Shown here in pieces: positions 8,986 to 18,712 of a stretch of DNA of 64,000 bases (within the stretch, counting starts at the first letter, position 1; every line of letters starts with the position of its first letter). Below the pieces are notes generated by a model. It was not told the origin of the DNA, did not search any database, and saw nothing but the letters and a program-made list of their open reading frames with translations. A program made the translations under genes and the position numbers. The DNA comes from Acidimicrobiia bacterium. Its GTDB lineage: Bacteria > Actinomycetota > Acidimicrobiia > Acidimicrobiales > SHLQ01. The DNA lies in assembly GCA_033344795.1 (NCBI GenBank), contig JAWPMS010000001.1:2344507-2408506 (forward strand). The letters are read 5' to 3'.

Positions 8986-9738
8986 GTGAGGACGTACTCG
9001 AAGGCTCTCGTTGTGCCGTTTGTGGTGCTGGCCCTCTGGTTGTTCCCGAGCGACCCGCCGGCGGTACTCGTGGCCGGAGCTGTCGAGACCTCGTCCTCGT
9101 CTGTGCTCGAGTCGTTGGCTGACGCAGCGCCGACGACGGAGGTCGTCACGTCCGTTGCGCAGTTCGCTCCAACGTCTGGTACCGATACGACTGCCGCGCC
9201 GCAACCGCCAGCGTCGTCGACCTCGACTTCGGTGGCTCCCGCGACGACCATCGAGCTTGCACCACCGACCACCAGTGCATCGACGACCACCGCACCGTCG
9301 GTTCCCCTCGGTCAACAAGCGCTCGACCGTGTTTCCTTTGACTGGCGAACGCGCTTTCCAAATTGGGTCGTCGAGTTTCGAAGCGCTCGCGAAGGCATCA
9401 GAGCTCTGACCTATCCAGCGGAGCGTCGGATAGAGGTTTTTGTTCGGCCGAGCGACACCGCATCGACGTTGCATCGAGTCTTCGCTCACGAATTGGGCCA
9501 TCTGATCGACGTAGAGCTGAACAACGATGAAGACCGCGCTCGTTGGTTCGAAACGCGGGGAATCGCGCAGTCGACGCCTTGGTGGCCGTCAGCGTCGGCG
9601 CCAGATTTCGACACCGGAGCTGGTGACTTCGCCGAGGCGTTCGCGGTTTGGGAGACCGGGGTGTCGTCGCGGTCGACCGTTGGTGATCAGCCCGATGCAG
9701 CGGACCTCGAGTTGTTGCGAGAGCTCAGCGCCGGCTGA
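8986..9738 (+). CDS. secreted protein with HExxH zinc-metallopeptidase-like motif
   Basis: 250 aa. N-terminal hydrophobic signal (VVPFVVLALWLF), Ser/Thr/Pro-rich linker, FAHELGHLID motif. Confidence 0.5.
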   Translation: MRTYSKALVVPFVVLALWLFPSDPPAVLVAGAVETSSSSVLESLADAAPTTEVVTSVAQFAPTSGTDTTAAPQPPASSTSTSVAPATTIELAPPTTSASTTTAPSVPLGQQALDRVSFDWRTRFPNWVVEFRSAREGIRALTYPAERRIEVFVRPSDTASTLHRVFAHELGHLIDVELNNDEDRARWFETRGIAQSTPWWPSASAPDFDTGAGDFAEAFAVWETGVSSRSTVGDQPDAADLELLRELSAG

Positions 9739-9758
9739 GGCGATCGTCGGGCAGCTCG

Positions 9759-9962
9759 TCAGCAGACAGGGTCGAGATCGTCGTCATCATCGAAGAGGTC
9801 GTCGAGCCAGGCGCGCCCCGCCGATGGGTGATATCGGTAGCGGCGCCGAAGCCGCTCGGTGTCGAGATCGACGATGTTGGAGTCTTGCCACTCAGCTGAC
9901 GTGTCATCGGTGCTTTCGAGCGCGTCTTTGCCCGCCGGAACGAGATGTAGGTGTCGAGCCAT
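9759..9962 (-). CDS. small hypothetical acidic protein (67 aa)
   Basis: This is the ATG 9962 sub-ORF of the 348-aa track ORF. It is the only part not antisense to tag. High GC3. No recognisable domain. Confidence 0.3.
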   Translation of the reverse strand: MARHLHLVPAGKDALESTDDTSAEWQDSNIVDLDTERLRRRYRYHPSAGRAWLDDLFDDDDDLDPVC

Positions 9963-10022
9963 ACAGTCCGTATCGGCTCGTCTCCTGGCTTTCTGAAGAG
10001 ATGAGTTGCCTAGACTTCGTCG

Positions 10023-10628
10023 ATGGTTGATGTTCAGCGGTGTGGATGGCCCGGGGGTCACGACGACTACCTGGCGTATCACGATCATGAATGGGGAAGG
10101 CCCACGACCGATGATCACCGGTTGTTCGAGAAGATCTGTCTCGAGGGTTTTCAGTCCGGATTGTCGTGGATCACAATTCTTCGCAAAAGGGACCGATTTC
10201 GTGAGGTCTTCGCAAACTTCGACTTCGAGGTGGTGGCGTCGTTCGACGAGTCGGACGTCGAGAGGCTCCTCGGTGATGTCGGGATCATCCGCCATCGGGG
10301 CAAGATCGAGGCGACGATCAACAATGCACAGCGCGCGTGCGAACTGATGGAGTCGGCTGGTTCGATCGTCGATTGGGTCTGGGAGTGGGCGGTGGTCGAG
10401 CCTGAGCGTGACGGTGGTGAGGTGCCGACACAAACTCTTCGGTCTGCCGCGCTGGCCAAGGAATTGAAGAAGATGGGCTGGCGGTTCTTCGGCCCGACTA
10501 CCGCGTACGCCTTCATGCAGTCCGAAGGTTTGACGAACGATCACGATGCGTCGTGTTTTGTCCGTGAGGCGTGCGAGGACGAACGTCGAGAGTTCCTCGA
10601 GGGTCGCGTGCTTCGCACGGTTGCCTAG
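10023..10628 (+). CDS. tag: DNA-3-methyladenine glycosylase I
   Basis: 201 aa with YHDHEWGRP, LFEKICLEGFQSGLSWITILRKR, GIIRHRGKIEA, WRFFGPTTAYAFMQSEGLTNDH. Confidence 0.9.
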   Translation: MVDVQRCGWPGGHDDYLAYHDHEWGRPTTDDHRLFEKICLEGFQSGLSWITILRKRDRFREVFANFDFEVVASFDESDVERLLGDVGIIRHRGKIEATINNAQRACELMESAGSIVDWVWEWAVVEPERDGGEVPTQTLRSAALAKELKKMGWRFFGPTTAYAFMQSEGLTNDHDASCFVREACEDERREFLEGRVLRTVA

Positions 10629-10629
10629 T

Positions 10630-11076
10630 TCAGTCGCGCGCTCGCAGGCGCACCGAGGTGACCGCTTGGTCGATCGGGCGAGACGTGGCTTCGTCGATGA
10701 CGATTGGATGGACCGATTCGCCGGTCGAGGTGTCGAACAGTTCCACCCCAGCTCCATTTCGGAACAACCAGTCGTCTCCGAACTGCCACATCGTGAGCAG
10801 GACATCCCACAGGGCCCGACCCTTTGCGGTCAGGACGTAGTCGTGGCGGACAGGCCGATCCTGATAGGCGCTCCGTTCGACGACGCCTTCCTCCTCGAGG
10901 CGTCGCAACCGCTGGGTGAGTATGGCCTTGCTGATGTCGAGTTCTTCTTGAAGTTCTGCAAAGCGCGTCTTGCCCAAAACGAGCTCGCGGAGCAACAGCG
11001 GGGTCCACCAATCGCCGAGCAGATCAGTGGTGCGTGCGATCGGGCAGTAGGCCCGATCAAATCTCGTCCGCCTCAT
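10630..11076 (-). CDS. HxlR-family transcriptional regulator
   Basis: 148 aa from ATG 11076: CPIARTTDLLGDWWTPLLLRELVLGKTRFAELQEELDISKAILTQRLRRLEEEGVV. The start overlaps the stop of the upstream gene (TGATG, shared A at 11076). Confidence 0.85.
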   Translation of the reverse strand: MRRTRFDRAYCPIARTTDLLGDWWTPLLLRELVLGKTRFAELQEELDISKAILTQRLRRLEEEGVVERSAYQDRPVRHDYVLTAKGRALWDVLLTMWQFGDDWLFRNGAGVELFDTSTGESVHPIVIDEATSRPIDQAVTSVRLRARD

Positions 11077-13370
11077 CAGCTGACCAGTTCGAGCTTGGCG
11101 GGAACGTGCTTGTGCCATGGGGTGCCAGCGATTGGATCCTTCCAACTGAGAGACGTGAGTTCGTTGGGCGCGACGCCGGTGACCTCGGGGCTGCCTCCGG
11201 CTGGCGAGTAACCGAGCCCGAGACCGTTGGGAAGTGCGATGTGACCGCGCTGCATGGTGGCGTTGACATCCGCAACAGCGACGGCCGTCCCTTCCGCAGT
11301 CGTGATCCGCACCCGACTGCCGCTCTCGATGCCGAGCACCTCGGCATCGGCGACGCTCAGTCGAAGAGCGCCTTGTGCATCCTTCTTGCGCCAACTCGGA
11401 TCTCGCATGATCGTGTTGGCGGTGAAACTCCTGCGTTCGCCGGCGGAGAGCACGAATGGGTAGTCGTCTGTTGCGAGCGATACGGGACCGTCGCGGAGCG
11501 CCGACAGTTCTTCGAACATCTCGGGCAGGTCGAGATTGATCTTCTGGTCGGCGGTTCGCAGGAGGTCGAATCCTTGATCCGGCTCGTGTCGTGTGAGGGC
11601 AGTGCCATCGCGGCTGTCGATCAACGCGTCGAACAACGCGTTCCCCAACGCTGCGCCTTGTCCCTCATGCCCAGCCGCCTGGACCTGTTGCGGGTATCGC
11701 ATCGCGAGTTGTTGAGCGCTGAACCACAGCGGGGCTGCTGCGGACATGCCATCCGGCAGTGTCTTCCCGATCGTCTCATACAGCACGACTGCGCCCAGCG
11801 AAGCGAGCATCGGGTTCTCTGCTGCTGCGCCCAGGAATGCGGCGCCAAAGGCGTCATAGCCCTCCTGAGCGGCCTCTCGAAGCGGCTGAAGGTCGTCCTC
11901 GGCCACAAATCCCATGGCCTTTGCGAGTCTGGAGTGGATCTCGGCTTCGGGAAGCGTGCCCTCGAGCGGCTCGAGAAGGGGCTTTCTGAGCGTGGCTCGG
12001 TTCTCCGGGAAGGTCATGTTGAAGAAGGTCATCTCGGCCTTCTCATATTGGCTGGCTGCGGGAAACACGTAGTCGGCTTCTCTGGCGGTCTCGGTCATCG
12101 CGACGTCGATGACAACAGTGAGTTCCATCGCTCGCATGGCGTCACGAAATGAACCTGAGCTGGCGAGCGAATGCACAGGATTCGCACTTTCGATGAACAT
12201 CGCTCGTGTTCGGTCCTCGTGGTCGCTGAGGATTCCCGCAGCGATGTCGTTGCACGGGATCAGCCCGGAGATCACCCGGCCGCCAGTGATGGGGTCGATT
12301 GGTTCGGACCCCGATGTTCCATAGCTGAACAGCGGCACGATTGCGGTGTGTGCGTTCATCGCGCCGGGTTTGCCGTAGCTGCCGACGAGCGTGGAGAGTG
12401 CTCGCTGGAGGTACGAGACCAACGTGGAGTGTGGGGCCATTTCGACGCCGAGATCTTCGTAGATCGACACGCTTTCGGCCCGTGCAATTCGTCGGGTCGT
12501 TTCGCGGATCCGTTCCTCGGAGATGCCGCACCGGGCCGCATAGTCGGCGATCGGGATGTCTGTGAAGGCGGCAAGCGCCTGTTCGAGGCCGATGACGTTT
12601 TCTGCGAGCCAGTCGTGCGCCACGAGGTCTTCTTCGACGAGTACGGCGAGCATCGCGGCCAGCAGGAACGCATCACCGCCAGGGTTGACCTGAAGGAAGT
12701 AGTCCGCGAGGTCGGCGGTTTCCGTGCGGCGAACGTCGATCACGACCATCGACCGATCGTCGTCGGCGGCGATCTCCTTCAACACTCTTCTCGTTTCGTC
12801 GAAGCCGTGGCTGTGCCAGGGGTTCTTTCCCAGGAAGATCGAGACCTCGGCGTCCGCGAATTCACCATGGGTGTGCGTGCCGTACATTCGGCCTTCCACC
12901 CAGGCCTCGCCGGTCTTCTCCTGGGCAAGTGCATTCGATTTTCGTGTGATGCCGAGTGCATTGCGGAGTCCGGCGCCGTACAGGCCGCCGAGGTGGTTCC
13001 CCTGGCCGCCACCGCCGTAGTACATGATCTTGCCTTCGCCGTGTTCGGCGTTGACGGCAAGGAGAGCCGCAGCGACCTCGTCGATTGCCGTGTCCCAGTC
13101 GAGTGTGATGTAGGAGCCATCATCGAGCCGTTTCAAGGGATTGGTGAGTCGTCCGGCCGCGTTCTGATAGTGGTTGAGCCGAAGGGCCTTTTCGCACGTG
13201 TAGCCCTTGGAGGAGACGTGTGATTTGTTGCCGCGAACTCGCGAGAACTCACGACCGTCCAGCCGTACTTCCACGCCACAATTCGCGCTGCACAAGATGC
13301 AGACCGTCTTGTGCCATTCCGGGTCCGGCGTGGACTCGGCGTCGTTCGATGCGGCATCGCTGATTGTCAT
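11076..13370 (-). CDS. molybdopterin-dependent oxidoreductase (formate dehydrogenase/BisC-like family) with N-terminal 4Fe-4S motif
   Basis: 764 aa. N-terminal CILCSANCGVEV...KGYTCEK Cys cluster. Typical MopB motifs and a C-terminal molybdopterin dinucleotide-binding domain (ALRLSVADAEVLGIESGSRVRITT). Confidence 0.85.
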   Translation of the reverse strand: MTISDAASNDAESTPDPEWHKTVCILCSANCGVEVRLDGREFSRVRGNKSHVSSKGYTCEKALRLNHYQNAAGRLTNPLKRLDDGSYITLDWDTAIDEVAAALLAVNAEHGEGKIMYYGGGGQGNHLGGLYGAGLRNALGITRKSNALAQEKTGEAWVEGRMYGTHTHGEFADAEVSIFLGKNPWHSHGFDETRRVLKEIAADDDRSMVVIDVRRTETADLADYFLQVNPGGDAFLLAAMLAVLVEEDLVAHDWLAENVIGLEQALAAFTDIPIADYAARCGISEERIRETTRRIARAESVSIYEDLGVEMAPHSTLVSYLQRALSTLVGSYGKPGAMNAHTAIVPLFSYGTSGSEPIDPITGGRVISGLIPCNDIAAGILSDHEDRTRAMFIESANPVHSLASSGSFRDAMRAMELTVVIDVAMTETAREADYVFPAASQYEKAEMTFFNMTFPENRATLRKPLLEPLEGTLPEAEIHSRLAKAMGFVAEDDLQPLREAAQEGYDAFGAAFLGAAAENPMLASLGAVVLYETIGKTLPDGMSAAAPLWFSAQQLAMRYPQQVQAAGHEGQGAALGNALFDALIDSRDGTALTRHEPDQGFDLLRTADQKINLDLPEMFEELSALRDGPVSLATDDYPFVLSAGERRSFTANTIMRDPSWRKKDAQGALRLSVADAEVLGIESGSRVRITTAEGTAVAVADVNATMQRGHIALPNGLGLGYSPAGGSPEVTGVAPNELTSLSWKDPIAGTPWHKHVPAKLELVS

Positions 13371-13484
13371 GGTGTGACTCGCTTCCCCGATAAGGTGCTC
13401 ACTTCAGAGTGGGTTCGTTTATAGAACCTACTCGATCCACGTTTCCTGGCAAGCTGTCCTACTCACTCGCAAGGAGTCCTTCAC

Positions 13485-13970
13485 ATGCGCCTCAGTGACC
13501 AACCGTCCGTCGCGGTTGAAACGACGATCAAGGTCGAGCCCGAGCGGGTCTACGAGCTCGTCTCGGACCTCGATGCGATGGCAAGTTTTGGGACCGAATT
13601 CCAGTCCGGTCGATGGAACTCTGGCCGTCCGGGTTCGGTCGGATCAACCTTCGTTGGCCAGCAGCGCCTCGGTGATCGAGAGTGGGAGACAACCTCCACC
13701 GTTACGACTGCGATGCCCGGCAAGGCGTTTGCGTGGGTGGTCGGCGATCCGGACGATCCAACAGCGATCTGGACGGTCACCATGCGCTCGGTGCCGGAAG
13801 GAACCGAGGTCAACTACTCATTCGTGCATGGCCCAGGGCCGTCAGGGCTTCGCGATCGCGTCGAAGCGCAACCGCACGACGAAGAAAAGTTCGTCGAAGC
13901 GCGCCTCTCGATGCTGCAGCAGAACATGGTCAAGACCCTCGAAGGAATCCGCCGCCGCACCGCCCGATAG
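13485..13970 (+). CDS. SRPBCC-family (polyketide cyclase/dehydrase-like) protein
   Basis: 161 aa. N-terminal VETTIKVEPERVYELVSDLDAMASF pattern typical of SRPBCC. AAGGAG SD. Confidence 0.65.
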   Translation: MRLSDQPSVAVETTIKVEPERVYELVSDLDAMASFGTEFQSGRWNSGRPGSVGSTFVGQQRLGDREWETTSTVTTAMPGKAFAWVVGDPDDPTAIWTVTMRSVPEGTEVNYSFVHGPGPSGLRDRVEAQPHDEEKFVEARLSMLQQNMVKTLEGIRRRTAR

Positions 13971-13977
13971 GGGACCC

Positions 13978-15351
13978 CTAAACCAGGGCTGGCTCGCGCT
14001 CGTCGGGAGCTTCTTCGTCGGTCGTCGTCCCGTCGACGGGAGCGAGCCGACCTCGTGATGCTTCTACTTGGCGAATTCCGGCAGCGAGAACGGTCGCAAT
14101 GGCCACGAGCAGGAACACCCGCGGTGCCCTGGTGAACTTCTCGAGCAGATCGTCGATGCCCAATGAGGTCTCGAAGACCCTCTCGATCGCCCAGATCCCC
14201 GCGATGACCGCGAGCAGGATCGACCCGATTCGCAACACGAACGGATACAACACCGTTCGCCGCAGCAAGAACAGCGCAGGGAAGAGCAACAAGATGATGA
14301 ATGCCTGCCCGATCTCTACGCCGATGTTGAAGCCCAAGAGCGAGAGCACCCGCTGACCTCGACCGATTCCCAGGTCCGACAACAGACCGGCGAACCCAAA
14401 GCCGTGGAAGATCCCGAAGGCGAACGCGATGTACGCCTCCCGATTCGCGAAGATCGGTCGAAGATTGTGGATCGCAGTTGCGATGATCGATAACGCAATG
14501 ACCGTCTCGACGAACTTGCTCGGTAGCTCGATGATCTCGAGTCCACCGAGTGTGAGCGTGATCGAGTGCGCAACGGTGAACGCCGTGGCGATCTTGAGGA
14601 CTCGCCACAGCCCGTCCTTGAACGTCGGCACTGGAGACCATCCATCAGCGAGCGAGAACAACATGACGGCCGGAAGCAGCAGCACCAGGACGAACAAGAT
14701 GTGGTCGGTGCCGATGAAGATGTGCTCCATGCCCAGCGACACGGTGCCCGTGAAGGCCTTCCACAAGTTCGGATTGTCGAGGTTGACCGGGAGCGTGGGA
14801 CTGTCAGCTCTGATAAAGCCGGGAACAGCATCGCCCTCGTTCAAGAAGGTGCCGGTGACCGGGTCGGTGCGCATGACGACCTGAGCAAAATGGGTCTCAT
14901 CGCGGACGATGCCATCGAAGGTGACCTCGAAGACGCGTGGCGCAGAATCGAAGACGTTCTCGATGTCGAAGAGAAAGGCGCCGTATATCTCGTTCTCGGT
15001 TTCGATCGCGTCGACCTCGCCCGTGAACGTGATGTCCCACGGCGTGCCGTCCTCGGCCACGATGCTCAGATTGTCGGCGTTGTATGAGCGAACTGCCGCT
15101 TCGATCGCCGCGATGTCATCGGCGGTCGATTCGTTGGGATCGAGATCAAGATCGAACAGGTCGTTGAGCAGACCGACGGGGTGCTCGAGCTGGCCTTGCG
15201 CCGAACCGTCGGGAAAGACGTCGAGATAGACGACAGACGAATTGCCATCGTGCGCGCTGGCCACGCTGGTGAAAAGCATGCCAAACATCGGCACGAGCAT
15301 GACCGCCAAAGCTGCCATCAGTACGCGGGGGGATCGAGCTTTCGCCTTCAT
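13978..15351 (-). CDS. HupE/UreJ-family membrane protein with N-terminal extracytoplasmic domain
   Basis: 457 aa. Signal peptide, about 200-aa soluble domain, then TM region with FTVAHSITLTLG, FGIFHGFGFAGLL, GFNIGVEIGQ motifs. Confidence 0.7.
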   Translation of the reverse strand: MKAKARSPRVLMAALAVMLVPMFGMLFTSVASAHDGNSSVVYLDVFPDGSAQGQLEHPVGLLNDLFDLDLDPNESTADDIAAIEAAVRSYNADNLSIVAEDGTPWDITFTGEVDAIETENEIYGAFLFDIENVFDSAPRVFEVTFDGIVRDETHFAQVVMRTDPVTGTFLNEGDAVPGFIRADSPTLPVNLDNPNLWKAFTGTVSLGMEHIFIGTDHILFVLVLLLPAVMLFSLADGWSPVPTFKDGLWRVLKIATAFTVAHSITLTLGGLEIIELPSKFVETVIALSIIATAIHNLRPIFANREAYIAFAFGIFHGFGFAGLLSDLGIGRGQRVLSLLGFNIGVEIGQAFIILLLFPALFLLRRTVLYPFVLRIGSILLAVIAGIWAIERVFETSLGIDDLLEKFTRAPRVFLLVAIATVLAAGIRQVEASRGRLAPVDGTTTDEEAPDEREPALV

Positions 15352-15426
15352 TGGTAACTGTTCCTTGGTTTGTTCATGTTGATCAGTCTCTGTTTCCTAT
15401 GTTCGCTCACTACGCAGCGTTTGGAT

Positions 15427-16644
15427 TCAGGCCGGAAGGCCCAAAAGTCGAGCGATGATGTTCTTTTGAATGCTGGAAGCGCCTCCGTAGATCACGCCGC
15501 CACTGAGGTTTCGGAGATCTCGTTCGACGCCGAACTCGGTCACATAGCCGCGGGCACCATGTATTTCGACTGCGGCGAGTGCTCCTGCGAGCGCACCTTC
15601 ACTTCCGGCGAGTTTGCTGAGCGCTGCAGCCATCATCGAGCTTGCGCCTTGTTGTTGGAGCGCTGCGGCTTTGTACATGAGCAGCCGGGCCGACTCGTGC
15701 CCGAGCTTGACCTGGCTCAACGCATGCGAAACGCCTTGGAAAGATCCGATCGGCTCGCCGAACTGCTCTCGTGTTCGGCTGTATTCGACTGCGTCGTCGA
15801 GGACACGCTCGAGGGCGCCGATGCTGCCCACGAGGAGAAAGCCGCGTTCGGCTTCCATCGACGAGCTGAAAATGCTGGCGCCCGCCCCTTCGGCGCCCAT
15901 GCGGGCAGAGGTCGGCACGAAACAATCGGAGAACGTGACATCGGAGAAGGGCGTCGTGCGCATGCCCATCTTCGGGCGGTTCGGGCCCACCGTCAGGCCG
16001 GGAGTTGTGGCGGGTACGCAGAAGGCGGTGATTCCCCAACGGCCGAGCTCAGGGTTTGTGGTGGCGAAGATGATGAAGACATCGGCGACCGGGGCCATCG
16101 TGACCCAGCTCTTCTCTCCGTTGAGGACGTAGCCGCTCTCGACAGGAGTGGCCGTCGTCTGCAGCGAGTACGCATCGGAGCCCGAGCCGGCTTCGGACAT
16201 CGAGAACGATCCGATCGCCTCACCGCTCACCAGCTTCGGCATCCATTCGGCGGCCTGTTCTGGGGTGCCGAACCGTTCCATCGCCAATCCAACGGTCAGA
16301 ACTTGTGACGTCGTTGCGAAGACCAGCCCGTCATCGCGGCAACCGAGGCCCAAACCTTCGAGAGCCAGCAGTCCAGCGGTCAACGGGCGCCCTTGGCCAC
16401 CGAAGTCGGGTGAGGCCAGCAGGCCGAAGAGGCCCTCGCGTCCAATTCGTTCCCACCCCTCACGCCAGAAGGTGCAGCTGTGGTCTCGTTCCTCGAGCTG
16501 AGAGTCTGCCAGGTTGTGGCGAGCCCACTCGGCGACCGCCATCTTCGTGGGATGCTCGCCATCGAGAATTGCGGTGAGCATCTCGGTATCGGAGGCGTCG
16601 TCAAGGACCACGAGGTCATCCACCTGTGCATCCACGGCCTTCAT
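15427..16644 (-). CDS. acyl-CoA dehydrogenase-family flavoprotein (cluster-associated; IYGGAS instead of canonical YEG)
   Basis: 405 aa with ACAD N/M/C layout (GSFSMSEAGSGSDA, WVTMA, REQFGEPIGSFQ). C-terminal motif reads VIYGGASSIQKNII, whereas the other ACAD at 45570 has IFEGTEQIQQ. Divergent from the NRPS genes. Confidence 0.85.
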   Translation of the reverse strand: MKAVDAQVDDLVVLDDASDTEMLTAILDGEHPTKMAVAEWARHNLADSQLEERDHSCTFWREGWERIGREGLFGLLASPDFGGQGRPLTAGLLALEGLGLGCRDDGLVFATTSQVLTVGLAMERFGTPEQAAEWMPKLVSGEAIGSFSMSEAGSGSDAYSLQTTATPVESGYVLNGEKSWVTMAPVADVFIIFATTNPELGRWGITAFCVPATTPGLTVGPNRPKMGMRTTPFSDVTFSDCFVPTSARMGAEGAGASIFSSSMEAERGFLLVGSIGALERVLDDAVEYSRTREQFGEPIGSFQGVSHALSQVKLGHESARLLMYKAAALQQQGASSMMAAALSKLAGSEGALAGALAAVEIHGARGYVTEFGVERDLRNLSGGVIYGGASSIQKNIIARLLGLPA

Positions 16645-16712
16645 CGGCTTCGTACCTCTCTCACACCGCGAGGAATCTCGCAGTTGCCACTACGCAACGA
16701 GTACCACACAGA

Positions 16713-16724
16713 TGCAAATTTGCA
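16713..16724. promoter_or_regulatory. perfect 12-bp palindrome TGCAAATTTGCA in divergent promoter region (candidate operator)
   Basis: Lies in an AT-rich patch of the 210-bp intergenic region between ACAD (start 16644, minus) and the A-domain gene (start 16855, plus). Confidence 0.35.
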
Positions 16725-16854
16725 ATTCGAGTTCGCCCGGCGATCCAGCACTGAAATCCTTCGTGTCCAAAAGAACTATTTGCCCTGTCTACGTTCCGCG
16801 GCACGCTGTTGGATGCGAGATATCCGACCGATTGAAGAGAGGGAGCGTGCAAAC

Positions 16855-18462
16855 GTGAGTGTCGCCGTCGATCGTCGCGACGCGCCGTCGTTGAGTGGCC
16901 TGCTCGACGCGCAAGCCATGCGCTCTCCTGACAGCGACGCGGTTGTCGACGTCTCGCGCACGTGGTCCTACGCCGAAGTAGCGCAGGCTCGGGGACAGCT
17001 TTCCGCCGCGCTCCTTTCGTGCGGTGTTGTTCCAGGCGACCGCGTCGGCGTGCACCTGAACAAATGTGCTGAGGGATTCGTGGCAATGCATGCAGTCGTA
17101 TCGGTGGGAGCCATTGCGGTGCCTCTCGATCCGGGCTCCCCGGCGGTGCGGCTCGCACGCATCTGTGAACGAATGCAGATCGACGTGATCGTGTCGCATC
17201 AACCGCGCGTGGGCACACTCATGGAAGTACACGCACTCCGACCGATCGGCGCACTAATCGGCGTTGCGAGTGAGGAGCTCGACACCCGCTCGATCAGCTC
17301 CCAACAGTTGGCCGACTTCGAGGAAGCCTCGCCGCTCGACGTTGATGTCGACAGCCCGTCCTACATCATCACGACATCGGGCTCGACCGGCGAACCGAAG
17401 GGAATGGTGCACACACATCGAAGTGCGCTGGCCTACGCCAACATGACCCTTCGCACGTATGGGCTCTTGTCAGAAGATCGCGTGAGTGACATCGCCCCGC
17501 ACCACTTCGACATCTCGACACACTCACTGTGGTCCGTGCCACTCGCCGGGGCGGCAAACGTTGTCATCTCCGAGCCGTATCAGCGGTTGCCGGCGAGCCA
17601 TTCCCAGCGCCTCCAGGACGAACGTGTCTCGTACTGGTACTCGGTTCCCTTCTTGTTACACCAGCTCGTCCTGCGCGGCGATCTGAAGAATCGAGACCTG
17701 TCAGCCCTGCGGTGGGTTCACTTCGGCGGCGAAGTGATTTCGCCCACGGTCATTGCTGAGTTCATGCAGGCGGCCCCCAACGCCCGCTTCGCGAACATCT
17801 TTGGCCCCGCCGAGACGAACCAGTGCTCGGTGGCCTTCTTCGACGACGCTCCGGATCCAGACAAGATGTTGTCGGTGGGGTTCCCTCTCGATCACAGCGA
17901 TATTCGAATCATCGATCCCGCAGCGGACCACCCGGGACTCGAGAACGCCGTTCAGAGCGGCGAGATGTGGGCGTCGACGCCGCAGTTGATGGAGGGGTAC
18001 TGGCAACAACCAGACCTCAACGCTCGAGTCCTCGTCGAATGTGATGGGAAGACCTGGTATCGCACAGGCGATCTCGTCTCGACCGACGAGACCGGTGAGA
18101 TGACGTTTCATGGACGAGTCGATCATCAGGTCAAGGTTCGCGGATTTCGCATTGAACTCGAAGGCATCGAGTTGGAACTCGAACAACTCGGCGCTGCAGA
18201 TCATGTGGTGGTCGCCGTACTTCGAGCCGAGTCGGGTGAGGACGAACTGGTTGCAGGTCTGCTCGGTGTGAGCGACAAGTTCGAGCACGCTGACTTTGTG
18301 CAGCGCGCTGCATCCGTTCTGCCCGCCTACGCCGTACCTACTCAAAGCAGAGTGATCGATTCCGCCCGCTTCACTGGCAGCGGAAAGCTCGATCGACGGA
18401 CGCTTCGAGAGCACCTTCTCGAAGTCACGCAGCTCGAAACCCTGAAGGAACACCACGCATGA
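16855..18462 (+). CDS. stand-alone NRPS-type adenylation enzyme (amino acid-AMP ligase)
   Basis: Start set to GTG 16855 (GGGAG SD 9 nt upstream); ATG 16813 is an alternative. Cores YIITTSGSTGEPKGMVHTH, FDIS (Asp235 present), NIFGPAET, YRTGDLV, GRVDHQVKVRGFRIELEGIE, GSGKLDRR. Confidence 0.85.
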   Translation: MSVAVDRRDAPSLSGLLDAQAMRSPDSDAVVDVSRTWSYAEVAQARGQLSAALLSCGVVPGDRVGVHLNKCAEGFVAMHAVVSVGAIAVPLDPGSPAVRLARICERMQIDVIVSHQPRVGTLMEVHALRPIGALIGVASEELDTRSISSQQLADFEEASPLDVDVDSPSYIITTSGSTGEPKGMVHTHRSALAYANMTLRTYGLLSEDRVSDIAPHHFDISTHSLWSVPLAGAANVVISEPYQRLPASHSQRLQDERVSYWYSVPFLLHQLVLRGDLKNRDLSALRWVHFGGEVISPTVIAEFMQAAPNARFANIFGPAETNQCSVAFFDDAPDPDKMLSVGFPLDHSDIRIIDPAADHPGLENAVQSGEMWASTPQLMEGYWQQPDLNARVLVECDGKTWYRTGDLVSTDETGEMTFHGRVDHQVKVRGFRIELEGIELELEQLGAADHVVVAVLRAESGEDELVAGLLGVSDKFEHADFVQRAASVLPAYAVPTQSRVIDSARFTGSGKLDRRTLREHLLEVTQLETLKEHHA

Positions 18463-18707
18463 CCACCTCACTCGCTGAGCAATTGACAAGCTTCATCCAA
18501 GAAGAGATCGTGCTCGACGACGTCGTGGTGACCGGTGACTTCGATCTGCTGTTGTCGGGAGCAGTGGACAGTCTCGGTGTCATTCGCATCACGCACTGGA
18601 TGGAGGAGACGTTCGGGGTGGTGGTCGATCCTGGTGATGTCACGCTCGACAATTTCCAGACGATCGACAAGATGGCCGCATACCTCGACGCCCGAGCTGC
18701 GGTCTGA
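18459..18707 (+). CDS. stand-alone acyl/peptidyl carrier protein
   Basis: 82 aa with LLSGAVDSLGVIRI (DSL phosphopantetheine site). ATG 18459 overlaps the TGA of the A-domain gene (ATGA coupling). Confidence 0.85.
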   Translation: MTTSLAEQLTSFIQEEIVLDDVVVTGDFDLLLSGAVDSLGVIRITHWMEETFGVVVDPGDVTLDNFQTIDKMAAYLDARAAV

Positions 18708-18712
18708 ATTTC

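Noticed and set aside
9759-10805. 348-aa ORF on the minus strand
   Set aside because: Most of it is antisense to a clear tag gene (10023-10628) and overlaps the HxlR gene. It is a typical high-GC shadow frame. Only the terminal 67-codon sub-ORF (9759-9962) was kept, at low confidence.
11034-13223. 372-aa and 350-aa plus-strand ORFs (11034-12152, 12171-13223)
   Set aside because: Antisense to the molybdopterin oxidoreductase, which has clear family motifs. No motifs of their own.
13371-13484. Possible Moco riboswitch or operator in the leader of the molybdopterin oxidoreductase gene (small GGTTC..GAACC inverted repeat)
   Set aside because: I could not recognise the conserved Moco-riboswitch core by eye. 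The inverted repeat is only 5 bp, so the evidence is insufficient.
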